Made by a program: the position numbers and the translations under genes. Below the pieces are notes generated by a model, which saw nothing but the letters and a program-made list of their open reading frames with translations, did not search any database and was not told the origin of the DNA. Positions 24,481 through 37,517 of a stretch of DNA of 64,000 nucleotides are shown here, piece by piece; positions within the stretch are counted from its first letter, which is position 1, and every line of letters starts with the position of its first letter. Source of the stretch: Octopus vulgaris. Lineage: Eukaryota. The stretch spans positions 208,816,001-208,880,000 of the forward strand of contig OX597815.1 of the NCBI GenBank assembly GCA_951406725.2. Direction: 5' to 3'.

Positions 24481-25013
24481 TTGTAGAGGCTAAATGTCTT
24501 TAGAAATTAATGTACCTTATGCAGATCTGTATGTTTATAGACATTGAATTTAGTTTGATCTATTGATGGAATGGAATGTTGCAATCAATAAGATTGGTAA
24601 ATTGAAGTTAACGATACCTCTGACCTGTAATAATTGCACCTCATATCTGTTTCAATGATTAAGTGTTCCACTTGTTCAATAAACAGAATCCCATACCCAT
24701 TCAGTGATAGCTTAATTGGTTGAGCATTCAGTAGAAGATTGTTCCCATAATTCAATTACGAGTTATACACAGTGTAATACAATTTATCAGGAGGCAGTCA
24801 AATCACAGCTACAGGTCATTCAGCTAGCTTCCACAGTTTCTGTGCGCCCAGTTTTATCAACAGTGATTGTGTCACCTATAGGCTATGGTAGAAGACACAG
24901 TGTACCATGGAATTGGATTGAAGCTGGAACCACATGCTTGAGAGACGATCTGTTTAACTTTTCTGTCACCATATTCATTATGAAATATACTGCCTATGGA
25001 AGTTATGCTATAA

Positions 25014-25410
25014 TCTTTATATATAAAAGTGAAGTTGTGTGTCTGTCTCCTACGATTTACATTCCTAACAACTCCCACATTCTGTGGTGCAGTTTAACCA
25101 AAACCGGTATCTTATAGTCATGATTCATATTGAGTCCTTCTGGGTATTAGCGCGCATCTACGATGAGTCTACGATTTTAAAAATAATTTACCATCATTTT
25201 TTTCCATTTTAATGCATTTTTTCGCTATTATATAAGGGAAGTAACTCTCTAAAAATCTCTACGATGAGTCAACGATTAAAAAAAAAAATTCCCATCATTT
25301 TTTTCCCATTTCTAATGTATTTTTTTGCTATATTTTGGCAATAACTCTCTAAAAATGCTTATATAGTTATTTGCCTTACAAACCTGAGCAACGCCGGGCG
25401 ATACTGCTAG
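25014..25410 (+). mobile_element. Non-autonomous Helitron
   Basis: A|TCTTTATATATAAAAG ... CCTGAGCAACGCCGGG-CGATACTG-CTAG|T: 5' TC, 3' CTAG, subterminal hairpin, A-T insertion site. Confidence 0.85.
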
Positions 25411-25720
25411 TCTTGCTTAAAAAAAGATTTCATAAAGCAATAAACATCTTAATTATTTATTAAGTTGATATGTTTGAAAGATAAGTTCTTGCATAAAGTT
25501 TATGAAAGAAGATTTTAATGTTAGATATGAAGTTTTTAAATCAAGAAGCTGTATATCTTAAAACCAAAGGCAGCCTCTTCATGTTGGTGTCAAATGGGTT
25601 AATACTTGATTGTTACTTTGAAAGCATCTGGAGTTGTACTTGGTTAAATATCTATGTCAAAGTGATGTTATAATTATGTTTACCACCATGCTAATTAACA
25701 GGATATATATATATATATAT

Positions 25721-25948
25721 ATTAGAAGGTTTGGAGATGATGTACAAGTATTATACATTAGAAAAAATGAGGTACTCAGAAATCCGGCTGGTTTTATATT
25801 TACAGATATTTAGATCAATTTGAAGACTCCACTAGAATGGACGAAAGCGCTGATATATGATATATGATGTATAAAAACATGTAACATACTAATAAATATC
25901 TGTAAATATAAAACCATCCGGATTTCTGAGTACCTCATTTCTTCTAAT
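25721..25948. mobile_element. Inverted-repeat PLE-type element in (TA)n with hammerhead-like spacer
   Basis: Arms 25757-25812 and 25893-25948. Spacer ATCAAT-TTGAAGA-CTCCA(ctagaa)TGGAC-GAAA-GCGC-TGAT. The same left end recurs at about 60469-60522. Confidence 0.55.
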
Positions 25949-25999
25949 ATATATATATATATATATATGTATATACATACATACACATATATATGTGTA

Positions 26000-26055
<56 letters not shown>

Positions 26056-26986
26056 TCTGATTTACATAGCAGTGTGACAGTATTGAAATATTAAATAAAT
26101 TATTTCTAATAGTCTCCACATTCTTCTGTGTCCGTATTTATGTAAGTCATATAAGTTTGATATCATCTATTTGGTTGGTTAGTCCGTGGAGCCAGTTTCC
26201 TGGTTTCTCTGGTGTATATATTTCTCCCAGAATAGGACACTGGTCTGTTGCAGAATTACTCATTTTACCAGCTGGTTGAACTGGAGCAACATGAGTTGAA
26301 GTGCTTTGCTCAAAAACACAATGTATTACTCTCTCCAGGAATCGATACCACAGTCTTACAATCATGAATCCAACACCCTAACCATTAAGCCATGTGCCTA
26401 CACTATCATCTCTTTTCTAAGAAAATCATGGGTAGGTATTTTCTCTTATAGAGTGGAGTTGACAGCTGCCTGTAAAATGAAATTTGGCAGACCACTTATC
26501 TTGACATAGGTTTTGATTGTTGGATGATCTTCTTTATGCCAGAAATTTTGCAATATATTTTGCTTGCATATTATTTTGTTTTTGACACTAGAGAGACCAT
26601 TTTGTATCAGATTTTATTCAGAACTAACCATGTTGTTTGTACTGAGGTCTGGACAGCCCACTTCTTCTTTTGTTCCCTGATATGTTTGTATAACTTCCTG
26701 CACTACCTTGGTGAAAGATTTATCCATTGGTTAACAGAAAACAAAAAAAAAACGTGTGAGGAAAATAAAAGATAAACATGTGTATTGAAAACAAATTATC
26801 CTGCTATATTTATTCCAAAGTATATTGCTGTATTTATTCCTTCTCGGTTCGAAAGTGCACATGTATACACACACTCTTGTATCTTCTTTACCTCACAATA
26901 TGCAGTTAAGTAATGGCTAGTACATTTAAAAACCTAGCCAATTGTGCTATTGTTCACAAAATGACTAAGAATAAAAAAAATTTTTT

Positions 26987-27036
<50 letters not shown>

Positions 27037-27057
27037 TCTACAAATATTTCTGTCTCA

Positions 27058-27107
<50 letters not shown>

Positions 27108-28207
27108 GTTTCTATATAATTTTCTTCTGAAAATGTAAATCACCATGACATCCCATTCAGCTTGTGTCCCCTAGCATCCATACCCTTTTCTTTTTACATC
27201 CAGCTTTTTTTTTCTTTTTTGAACTTCATTGTCTTCTGTATTATTGGTACCCTCCTTCACAGCTATCTCTCCTCCAAATTACAATTCTAACAGATGGCAA
27301 ATAGTTTGCAAGTCTGCTGTTAACAAGTACCTCCTACTTAATGTAGTGCAGGTAACAATAACAATAAAACAAAAATATTTTGTCATTCTGAGAAAATTAA
27401 TTTTCTACATTGTTAGGAACTTGAGAGATCAATCTAGTAATATCGTCTTGCTTAAGGATATGTAAATGGTCTGTTTTGAACAAAGATTTTCAAGCTTAGA
27501 GGCATTGTATATAACAATGAAAAGTCTTAAATGTTTGTTTAACTTTTTTATCATCTGCTCTCCATTGCTTATATAGATGAGATGAGAATACGTTTTGACA
27601 AGATTTGGATAGTTCCATAGAAGAAAAGTATATAGATGCAGGCATGGCAGGGTGGTTAAAAATACTTGCTTTGCAACTATGTGATTTCAGGTTCAATCCC
27701 ACTGCTTGGCACTTTTGTCGAGTATATTCTATTGACTAATGCTATGTGAGTGAATTTGATTGACAGGAACTGTGTTGAAGCTCCTCGTGTGTGTAAGTGT
27801 GTATGTGTGTGTGTTAGTGTCACCTTTCCTTGACATCTTATGATTGTCATAAGTGAGAAATAACCATCATGCAAGTGGTGTCATTTATTGTTAATTTTCA
27901 TATTTATCTTACTGAGAAGCAGGTGAGTGTTTGCATCAGGAAAGGCACCTGCCCACAGAACGTGTGCTGCCATCTGACCTATGTGAGCAGGAAAAAGTAG
28001 AAGCTGACATGATGATGATGATGATAATCTCAAACCATCAGTGTACATTGCACACATTCACAACATCTTCAGCAAACACGTCATTGGTGTTTTGAGCTGC
28101 CTGGAATGCATTGGTTCCTCAGTGGAACTCATAGTCTTAAACAACACAAATTTTTTTTATCTATCCATGGGTTCACAAAAATTGATTTGCAAGTGAAAAC
28201 TCACAAT

Positions 28208-28620
28208 AGGCGCAGGAGTGGCTGTGTGGTAAGTAGCTTGCTAACCAATCATATGGTTCCGGGTTCAGTCCCTCTGCCTAGCATCTTGGGCAAGTGTCTT
28301 CTGCTATAGCCCCGGGCCGACCAATGCCTTGTGAGTGGATTTGGTAGACGGAAACTGAAAGAAGCCCGTCGTATATATGTATATATATATATATATGTAT
28401 GTGTGTGGGTTTGTGTGTCTGTGTTTGTCCCCCTAGCATTGCTTGACAACCGATGCTGGTGTGCTTACATCCCCGTCACTTAGCGGTTCGGCAAAAGAGA
28501 CCGATAGAATAAGTACTGGGCTTACAAAGAATAAGTCCTGGGGTCGATTTGCTCGTCTAAAGGCGGTGCTCCAGCATGGCCGCAGTCAAATGACTGAAAC
28601 AAGTTAAAGAGTAAAAGAAT
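28208..28620 (+). mobile_element. SINE family A
   Basis: Full-length match. Confidence 0.9.
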
Positions 28621-29041
28621 ATAATCAGACACCATGAAATTCATTTCAAAAAGTGATTATGTAAACTCTTCAATGTTGTAAAACAAAGAATTGTCCGGAT
28701 AAAACGTTAGAGTTAACGATTGTCAAACTTGGTGCAGAAGAAAATTGAACGTTTCATTCTTAATGACCACATATCACATGATTGACCAGATTTTGTTATA
28801 CATTGCTGGTCACAGTGTGCTTTCCATTATTTTAGCTTTTGACTGATGCCACCCTGCTGGCTAGGTGGACAGGTGAGCATTTGCCCTGATTTGGAAAGCT
28901 TGTCCATCACACCATTACTCATTTAGAGCAGAGTGGACTGGAGCAATGTGAAGTAGTGTTTTGCTTCAGAACACAAAATGCAGCTATTCTGGGAATCAAA
29001 ACCACAATCTCACAATCATGAGTGCAATGTACCTAACCACA

Positions 29042-29426
29042 GTGGAGGCGCAATGGCCCAGTGGTTAGGGCAGTGGACTCGCGGTCATAGGATCGCGGTT
29101 TTGATTCCCAGACCGGGCATTGTGAGTGTTTATTGAGCGAAAACACCTAAAGCTCCACGAGGCTCCGGCAGGGGATGGTGGGGATCCCTGCTGTACTCTT
29201 TCACCACAACTTTCTCTCACTCTTACTTCCTGTTTCTGTTGTACCTGTATTTCAAGGGGCCGGCCTTGTCACTCTCTGTGTCACGCTGAATATCCCCGAG
29301 AACTACGTTAAGTGTGCACGTGTCTGTGGAGTGCTCAGCCACATACACGTTAATTTCACGAGCAGGCTGTTCCGTTGATTTGGATCAACCGGAACCCTCA
29401 TCGTCGTAACCGACGGAGTGCTTCCA
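29042..29426 (+). mobile_element. Full-length tRNA-derived SINE family D (tRNA-Arg-like head) with 13-bp TSD
   Basis: A box TGGCCCAGTGG, anticodon-like GAC-TCG, B box GGTTTTGATTCC. TSD GTACCTAACCACA at 29029-29041 and 29427-29439. Inserted in an older CORE-type SINE. Confidence 0.88.
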
Positions 29427-29479
29427 GTACCTAACCACAAAGCCCTGTGCCTTCACATATATAATATACATACTGGCAC

Positions 29480-29775
29480 TCCATTGAGGGTTCCACCTGA
29501 TCCAATCAACAGAACAGCCTGCTTGTGAAATTAACGAGCATGCCACAAACACATGTACCCTCAAAGTTGTTCTCAGGGAGATTCTACATGACACAGAGTG
29601 TGACAAAGCTCACCCTTCGCAATACAGGTACTACTCATTTTTGCCAGCTGAATGGACTGAGGCAACATGAAATAAAATGTCTTTGTCGAGGACACATCGT
29701 GTTGCTGGGATTTGAACCCATGACGTTGCCATCGTAAACTGAATGCCCTAACTTCAAAGCCACCGTGCCTTCACA
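29480..29775 (-). mobile_element. Older CORE-type SINE sharing the family D 3' region
   Basis: Inverted homology to 29245-29400; tRNA-like head at the right end. Confidence 0.7.
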
Positions 29776-29994
29776 TAATATACATACATACCGGTAAATG
29801 CAGGCATGTCACCTGTTCCCAGTTGGAAATTTGACTATTTTCATCTGACAACACAGATTCTGTTGCAAAATATTAAGGTTGCTATTTTGAAATATTGAAA
29901 TTACTCTCTCGTGACGTCAGTTTTTCTTTTTTTCTTTTTTAAATCATTTTTATTGTTTTTATTAGTTTTCTCTTGACTTTACTTTCCATACCAG

Positions 29995-30033
29995 ATTCGA
30001 TAATGGGTTACCGAAAAATAAACGAAATAAAAA
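29995..30033 (+). other. Candidate 39-nt frame-preserving microexon
   Basis: TTGAC branch-like motif plus TTTACTTTCCATACCAG acceptor; AA|GTAAGT donor; open as FDNGLPKNKRNK or SIMGYRKINEIK. Confidence 0.35.
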
Positions 30034-30855
30034 GTAAGTTTGTTATAAAGAGCAAAAAATACATTTTATGTAAACATTGACAATATTTCATTTTCATTTT
30101 ATTAGAAAATGAACATTTCATAAAAACTCCCCCTTTCAATAAATATTACTTTTCTACCCTTCTATCATTTTGTCATATCACTTCCATTTTCCTGCCTTAT
30201 ACACATATACACACACACTTATGCATATATACGCATATACACACACATATATATGCAAATATATATATATATATATATATATGTATGCATGTATGTGTAC
30301 ATGCACATATGCATACATATATATATGTATGTATGTATATATGTGTATATATATATGTATACACACGTGTATCATGTAAGCATTTGAAAATTAGCTCAGG
30401 CACAGAATCAGATTTTGTGAATCAGATATATTTCTCAAAATTCAGCAAATTTCAGCGCACATCCCATATTATGATTGCATACTTTTTAACTTAGTATTTT
30501 AAGTGGTGGTGGTGGTGGTGGTGGTGGTGGTGGTGGTGGTGGAGGAGGAATAAAATAGAATATTATTGATTGTGGTGACAAAAAAAATAAAAAACAAAGA
30601 AAGAAAGAAAAAGTGGAGAGTATGAAAATAAAATTGAGTTAAATGGAGATGAAGGAGTTGGAGGTTATTAAATAGAGAGCTGTATCAATGGAAAATATTT
30701 AAAAACAATACACAGAAAAATAATGAAGAAAAAAATAAATAAATACAAAGGAACAAAGAAGTAGAAATATAAAAATAAGCAAATAAAAAGCAAAGGTTTA
30801 GTTTTGTTTCAAGATAAAATGGGATTGATGAGTGTTTCCTGTGGTAATATTTCAG

Positions 30856-30882
30856 TTTAATGGAGCAGCTTCCTGCTGCAAG
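30856..30882 (+). other. Candidate 27-nt microexon
   Basis: TAATATTTCAG acceptor, AAG|GTATGC donor; open as FNGAASCCK or LMEQLPAA. Confidence 0.25.
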
Positions 30883-30981
30883 GTATGCCTGTCCCCCTTT
30901 CGAAGTTAAATTACAATAAAATGAAATGGAAACAGATTTACCAATAGTGTTGGCTACATTTAATTTATATGTTCATGTATA

Positions 30982-31014
<33 letters not shown>

Positions 31015-32084
31015 GCATATATATACACATATATACACACACATATATATATATATATACATATATTATTTTTGTTATCAACAGTTGCAATTTAGCAAAA
31101 TTATTCTTTAAAATGTAAAGGGAAGAAAGGAGGTGAAAACAAATTAACAAAATGCAATTTAAAAGTTCGGTTTTAGTTTTCTTTGATAAATCACTAACTG
31201 GTAGATAATTATGTTTCAGTGTTACGTATGAGCATAGACTTGGTTCTCTCTCTTTCTTGCTACTTTTGTTACCAGTTTCAGCGGTGGTGCCCCAGCATGG
31301 CTGCGGCCTTCGGGCTAAATCATTTTTAAGGATTTAAGGATATTCTGACTTTTACGTCTCTGTCGCTCTGTGACCCTTTCCGAGATCTGTTTGTGAATGT
31401 GTGCATTTGACTATCAGTGTGCAGGAGTGGCTGTGTGGTAAGTAGCTTGCTTACCAGCCACATGGTTCTGGGTTCAGTCCCACTATGTGGCACCTTGGGC
31501 AAGTGTCTTCTACCATAGTCTCGGACCGTCCAAAGCCTTGTGGGTGGATTTGGTAGACAGAAACTGAAGGAAGCCCGTCGTGTAACCTGGTTTGTCAACG
31601 GAGATGAGTTACAACTAGATAAAATTTCCAGGCTGTCCTCAACATCCAAGTCCATGAAAAGTTTGAGTAGATGGTCATCCAGGAATCATGACCTAAATGT
31701 GTCCTGGCTCCATTAGAATGAAAGAAGTGTAGGGCTGAATAACTTGCCTGAGGGTTCTTCTTTTCGGAAGTCCTTCCAGTGTTCAACTCTCTACAGAGTT
31801 TCTTACCACTATGTGACTATATCACAGCTGCAGGCACACCTAGTGAAATAGCAATAGTTAGACTAAGACCAAGAGAGTACTGTGAACAGTTTAGGGTCCT
31901 ATCCCCTCTGGCACAAATGATTTAGTGCATGAAACAATTTAAGAGTGTCTGTGATGCAGTATGGTAGAGAAGCAGAATTGCTGGTTGTGGAGAATCTTCT
32001 AGGACTTGAGAAAAATGAGTCGATTAGGATTTGTGAAAAATGCAGCTTTACCACAGGCATAAATAATATTATGAATGGTTACTC

Positions 32085-32478
32085 TCTCTTTTACTCTTTT
32101 ACTTGTTTCAGTCATTTGACTGCGGCCATGCTGGAGCACCGCCTTTAGTCGAGCAAATCGACCCCAGGACTTATTCGTTGTAAGCCTAGTGAATGAATTT
32201 GGTAGATGGAGACTGAAAGAAGCCCGTTGTATATATGTATATATATATGTATGTGTGTATATATGTTTTTGTGTCTGTGTTTGTCCCCCCCAACATCGCT
32301 TGACAACTGATGCTGGTGTGTTTACGTTCCCCGTAACTTAGCAGTTCGGCAAAAGAGACCGATAGAATAAGTACTAGGCTTACAAAGAATAAGTTTTGAG
32401 GTCGATTTGCTCGACTAAAGGCAGTGCTCCAGCATGGCCACAGTCGAAATGACTGAAACAAGTAAAAGAGTAAAGAGA
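32085..32478. mobile_element. Fold-back fusion of two oppositely oriented family A SINEs
   Basis: A minus-strand tail (32085-32190) is joined directly to a headless plus-strand copy. Confidence 0.8.
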
Positions 32479-32718
32479 AATATCAAGTTGACAGTTACAA
32501 AGGCATCGAGTAATGTGCAATTATGATTATAGTTTTTTTGTTACTTTGAACTTTGATGCTTGTTTTATTTATCTATGTTCATACGATATTCCACTTTGAA
32601 GTTCACCTATCACAATCGGTTGTTTTATGCTAATGCTTTGGCTGGTTCTGTTTATGTGTGCGTATTTTATTTAGGCTGTCAAATTAAAGACTGAAAAAGA
32701 AAATGAAACATATTTTGT

Positions 32719-33149
32719 ACTCTTACTCTTTTACTTGTTTCAGTCATTTGACTGCGGCCATGCTGGAGCACCGCCTTTAGTCGAGCAAATCAACCCCGGG
32801 ACTTATTCTTTGTAAGCCCAGTACTTATTCTATCGGTCTCTTTTGCCGAAGCCGCTAAGTGACGGGGACGTAAACACACCAGCATCGGTTGTCAAGCAAT
32901 GCTAGGGGGACAAAGACAGACACACAAACACACACACACACACACACACATATTATATATATATATATATATATATACATATATACGACAGGCTTCTTTC
33001 AGTTTCTGTCTACCAAATCCACTCACAAGGCATTGGTCAGCCCAGGGCTATAGCAGAAGACACTTGCCCAAAATGCCACGCAGTGGGACTGAACCCGGAA
33101 GCATGTGGTTGGTAAGCAAGCTACTTACCATACAGCCACTCCTGCGCCT
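32719..33149 (-). mobile_element. SINE family A
   Basis: Full-length match. Confidence 0.9.
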
Positions 33150-34088
33150 GTGAAATAGAATACAAAGCAATAGAAAGTACTTGCAATATCAGCAAAACGT
33201 ACTTCTCAACATTGGTTCCAATAATTTTGATAGAGGAAGTGGCAACTTTGGAGATTTGGAAGGCTGCACAGAACCTTCTACTACTGACCATGACTAGTTG
33301 AGAGATGACTTCATAAACCTTATATATTCAATAGTTTTTTTGACATTCTGCAGAACGCAGAAAAGTCAGAAAGGCTCAACAGATAGGTGCAGCAGGAACT
33401 GAACAAAAGTCAAATTAATAGCCCTATTTTTTTACATGCAACGAAAACGATGCATTTCTAGATTCCATTTTTAACATGAAATGAAAAATGGATTTTATGA
33501 CTGCTGAGTGTGTTCTGCACAGTGGTTGGACTGAGGGGAAGAATTAACATATTTTCCTAAACTGAATCTGCGTGGAAAAGGTTATATTCAGTGTTCGGAG
33601 ACCAGAAAGTAGGATAATCCATCACTAATTCTTAAATCTTGGAAAACCATCTCATCGGAGAAATATGATTAGGAAATCAACAAAATGTATTAAAATGTGT
33701 GATGTTTATGTCCTGCATTGGGTAACTTGAAAGATCCCATTTTTCTCCATGATAATACCTACCACATGTGTGCCTGCACATGACTGCAAAAGTTAAATGC
33801 ACCAGCCACAAAAACTCTACCCCACTAAGCTTACTTCTCAGTCCTTTCTCAAACTGACCACCTCTTTTTCAAATATCTTGATAACTTTCATTACAAGAAA
33901 GTATTGTAATAATTTCAACATTTAGTTCAGAACAATTTTGAAGAATTTATTATTTCCAGAACACCAGAATAGACTTATTATTTTCTTGACAAAAATAACA
34001 ATATTATAATGACTATTATTTTAATTAATGAGATATATTGCTTCATGATTCATGACTAAAAACTGTATTTATTTTTGCAACACCTAAT
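33150..34088 (+). pseudogene. Highly decayed mariner transposase remnant
   Basis: Degenerate ..ACATGAAATGAAAAATGGATTTTATGA (DEKWI.Y-like), TTTTCTCCATGATAAT (LHDN-like) and a PYSPDL-like segment; mariner-like end TTTTTGCAACACCTAAT. Confidence 0.55.
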
Positions 34089-34185
34089 GTTAACCTGCAT
34101 ATAGTATATGTTTACAGACTCCCTGAATTAGTGAAAATGAGTGTATATGCATCATGCTTGTCACTCAGCCTCCATCCATTTGCAT

Positions 34186-34595
34186 ACTCTTTCTCTTTTA
34201 CTTGTTTCAGTCATTTTGACTGTGGCCATGCTGGAGCACCGCCTTTAGTCGAGCAAATCGACCCCAGGACTTATTCTTTGTAAGCCTAGTATTTATTCTA
34301 TCGGTCTCTTTTGCCGAACCACTAAGTGATGGGGACATAAACACACTAGCATTGGTTGTCAAGTAATGCTAGGGAGACAAACACAGACACACAAACAGAC
34401 ACACATATATATATATATATACACATATATACAACAGGCTTCTTTCAGTTTCCGTCTACCAAATCCACTCACAAGGCATTGGTCGGCCCGAGGCTATAGT
34501 AGAAGACACTTGCCCAAGATGCCCCGCAGTGGGACTGAACCTGGAACCATGTGGTTGGTTAGCAAGCTACTTACCACACAGCCACACCTGCGCCT
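34186..34595 (-). mobile_element. SINE family A
   Basis: Full-length match. Confidence 0.9.
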
Positions 34596-36661
34596 ATTTG
34601 TCTGTATTAATATCGTTGACTCCCTAGTACAAATCCAAAGAATATATCTAATGGTCACTTACTCTTTCAGCCTGTGCTCTGCTCTGCTTTTCTTCTAAAA
34701 TTAATGTTCTTTTCTACTCTAAGCACAAGGCCTGAAATTTTGTGGGTGGGGGCCCAGTCTATTAGATCGAACCTCAATATGCAACTGGTACTCAATTTAT
34801 GGACCCTGAAAGGATGAAATGCAAAGTCAACCTCAGTAGAATTTGAACTCAGACTGTCATAATACCACTAAACATTTCGCCCAGCGTGCTACCATTTTTG
34901 CCAGCTTGCTGTCCTCTTCTAAATTAATGTTGCATATCTAACGGATCATACATTCTTCTTCTCCATTTTTTAGTAGCTTCCTATATTTGTATCTCAAGAC
35001 TTACTAATTTGTTACACTATACTCCTTTTGTCTTTTATTTTTGTTTTGTATGAAATAATAAATCATTTGGACTAGTAGTTTGGTATCAAATTTATCCTGG
35101 TTAAGTTGAACTATAACTGGAAGCCTTTTTGCTGCAATAGTTCCATTTTTTTCTTTCAGCTATAATATATCAAGGAATACATTATCGACTGTGGTCTTGG
35201 AGGCACTTCTTTGGCTGCAATTTTCTCAACCTTCATTCACCCATATTATGGTTTACCTATAATAGTTTCATTACAGTTACTACCATTCATGATGTTGCTT
35301 TGATACCTTAAGGTTTTTATTTGATCAAGAAAGTCATGTGAGCAGTACAAGAGGTACTATTTGCATAAGTACCCCACCTTCTGACTTTTCATGTACATCT
35401 AGTCCACCTGATGTTCAATCCTTGTCAAAAAGTTTTCTGTGCTTAAAGATTGACTTGCAGTTGTCTTTATTATATCTTTCTAGAATTCTTTCCCTGTTCA
35501 GTGCCATATTTGCATAAATCTAGCAAACAGTGCAGTGTAACACATTCAAACATCATTGTTTTTATACTTCCTGCTGCATTTTACATATACTACTGGGATA
35601 GACCATACATTTTATCCTTCCGGGTGTTGATGAAATGAGTACCAGTTCAGCACTGGGCTTGATGTAATCAACTTGTCCCTTCCCCCAAAATTCCTGGCCA
35701 TGTACCAAAATTTGTACCGGGTATTCAGGTAATTATTAAAATCAATGGCTTTTTGTCCACAAATCAAAAGTGACTTACAGATAATTGTGAAAACTAATGA
35801 GTTTTGTTATAATTGTTAGCTATTAAAAGTTAAAGCCCTTTTCCCACAACTTATAATTATGACCCCTCTGGATATACTGAGATTACTAAAATTACCTTAG
35901 TATTCTCTGACAATACAAATGCTTTTGTAATTAGCCATACCATAATAATAGTGATTGGTACCTTAAGATTTTTATTCATTTATCTTCCTCCAACCAGACA
36001 AAGTAAACATTTATTTACTCCGTTTAAACTGCATTATGTTTTACAGTTACAAATATATATATACTACAAATTTCATTTTTTTTATTTTAGTTTCACTTAT
36101 CTGTGCTTGACTAATAAAGGAATAGCTACTGACATTTCCATAAAATACTCTATCACTAGACTTAATCCACATGCTTTAGCTAGATAGTGAATAGTTTTGC
36201 TTGATTTAAATGTCCAATAAAGCAGAAATCTGTGATCCAATTGTAAGATTGTTTGGGAAATTCAGTGATAGACTAAACTCAGATGCTATTATGTTTTGAC
36301 ATGATAAAGTTTAAAAATGTTTTCTAATTGATTTTATTGATTGGTCTAGATCTATCACCCTCAGTGTACATAGGTGCCTTCATAACATTTGGAAGCATTT
36401 GTGTCTTGTACATCACTGGTTGGTTCAATTTTTGCCACAACCATTAACTAAAAATATTTACTTCTATTCAAAATAATTTAGGTCAGCCAACGAAATAGTG
36501 AGTTAGCTCAATGGAAATAGTTACATACAAAAACATCTACTTCTTTTCAGAAACTTTCTTACATTTACTGATTCAGGGTCATAGAATACCATTTTTATGT
36601 TAAGCTATTTAATGCCAAGAATCTCATCTGACCGTTTATAGAGTTTGTCCATGAATGTAGA

Positions 36662-36703
36662 ATTGACATTTAACTCATGGTTTTTTTCCAATACCAGGTA
36701 AGT
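36662..36703 (+). promoter_or_regulatory. Candidate recursive splice site (acceptor abutting donor)
   Basis: TTGACATTTAAC..GGTTTTTTTCCAATACCAG|GTAAGT in unique sequence. Confidence 0.4.
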
Positions 36704-37310
36704 TTAACAATAAAGCAGGACTTAATCCCCCCCACCCATGTTTTAACATAGTTGTACACAATAATCAGAAACCGAACTGAAGTCACCTAATTCTGATTTT
36801 GAAGCAGGTTTTTCGGAATGAATAGAGTCAAAATACTTTGTGTGCAGTCTATTCAGTTTCGTTCTTAGCCACAGAATTAAAAAAAAAGATATATAAAAAA
36901 ATAAAATAAAGTGATTTTAAAGTAAAGCTGTAGGGGGCACCACTGACTGTTTTGTTACTCTTGAATAAAGCACCTAAGTGAATTTACTGCAGTTTGCTTG
37001 ACTGTAAAACTTTCAGAAAGTAGGCTCCACTTCAACTTTATAGAGCGGATGGTGATAGGAAGGGAAATAACTGCTGCAGCATAAACTTTCCCACCTGTAG
37101 TAGCATGATAAACCAGATGGCAATAATAGTCGGAAAGTATATGACATGCATGACGCTTTAGATTGAAAGCAGTAAGGAAATAAAGATAAGGTAATGTTTA
37201 TAAACTTTGATATAGAAGCAACTTGAATGGTAAATTGAATTGTAAACTAATATAGAAAGGAATGCATGTGTATCCTTGCAGAGTAAAATGAAAAAAAAAA
37301 AAAAAAATCT

Positions 37311-37474
37311 CAGGAGTGGCTGTGTGGTAAGTAGCTTGCTAACCAACCACATGGTTCCAGGTTCAGTCCCACTGAAGTGTCTTCTGCTATAGCCCCGGAC
37401 CGACCAATGCCTTGTGAGTGGATTTGGTAGACGGAAACTGAAAGAAGCCTGTTGTATATATGTATATATATGTA

Positions 37475-37517
<43 letters not shown>

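Noticed and set aside
29912-29919. Perfect CRE palindrome TGACGTCA
   Set aside because: A single 8-mer is expected by chance in 64 kb; no promoter evidence.
36812-36862. Possible pre-miRNA hairpin (TGAATAGA..TCTATTCA)
   Set aside because: Stem is short and asymmetric; no recognisable mature miRNA.
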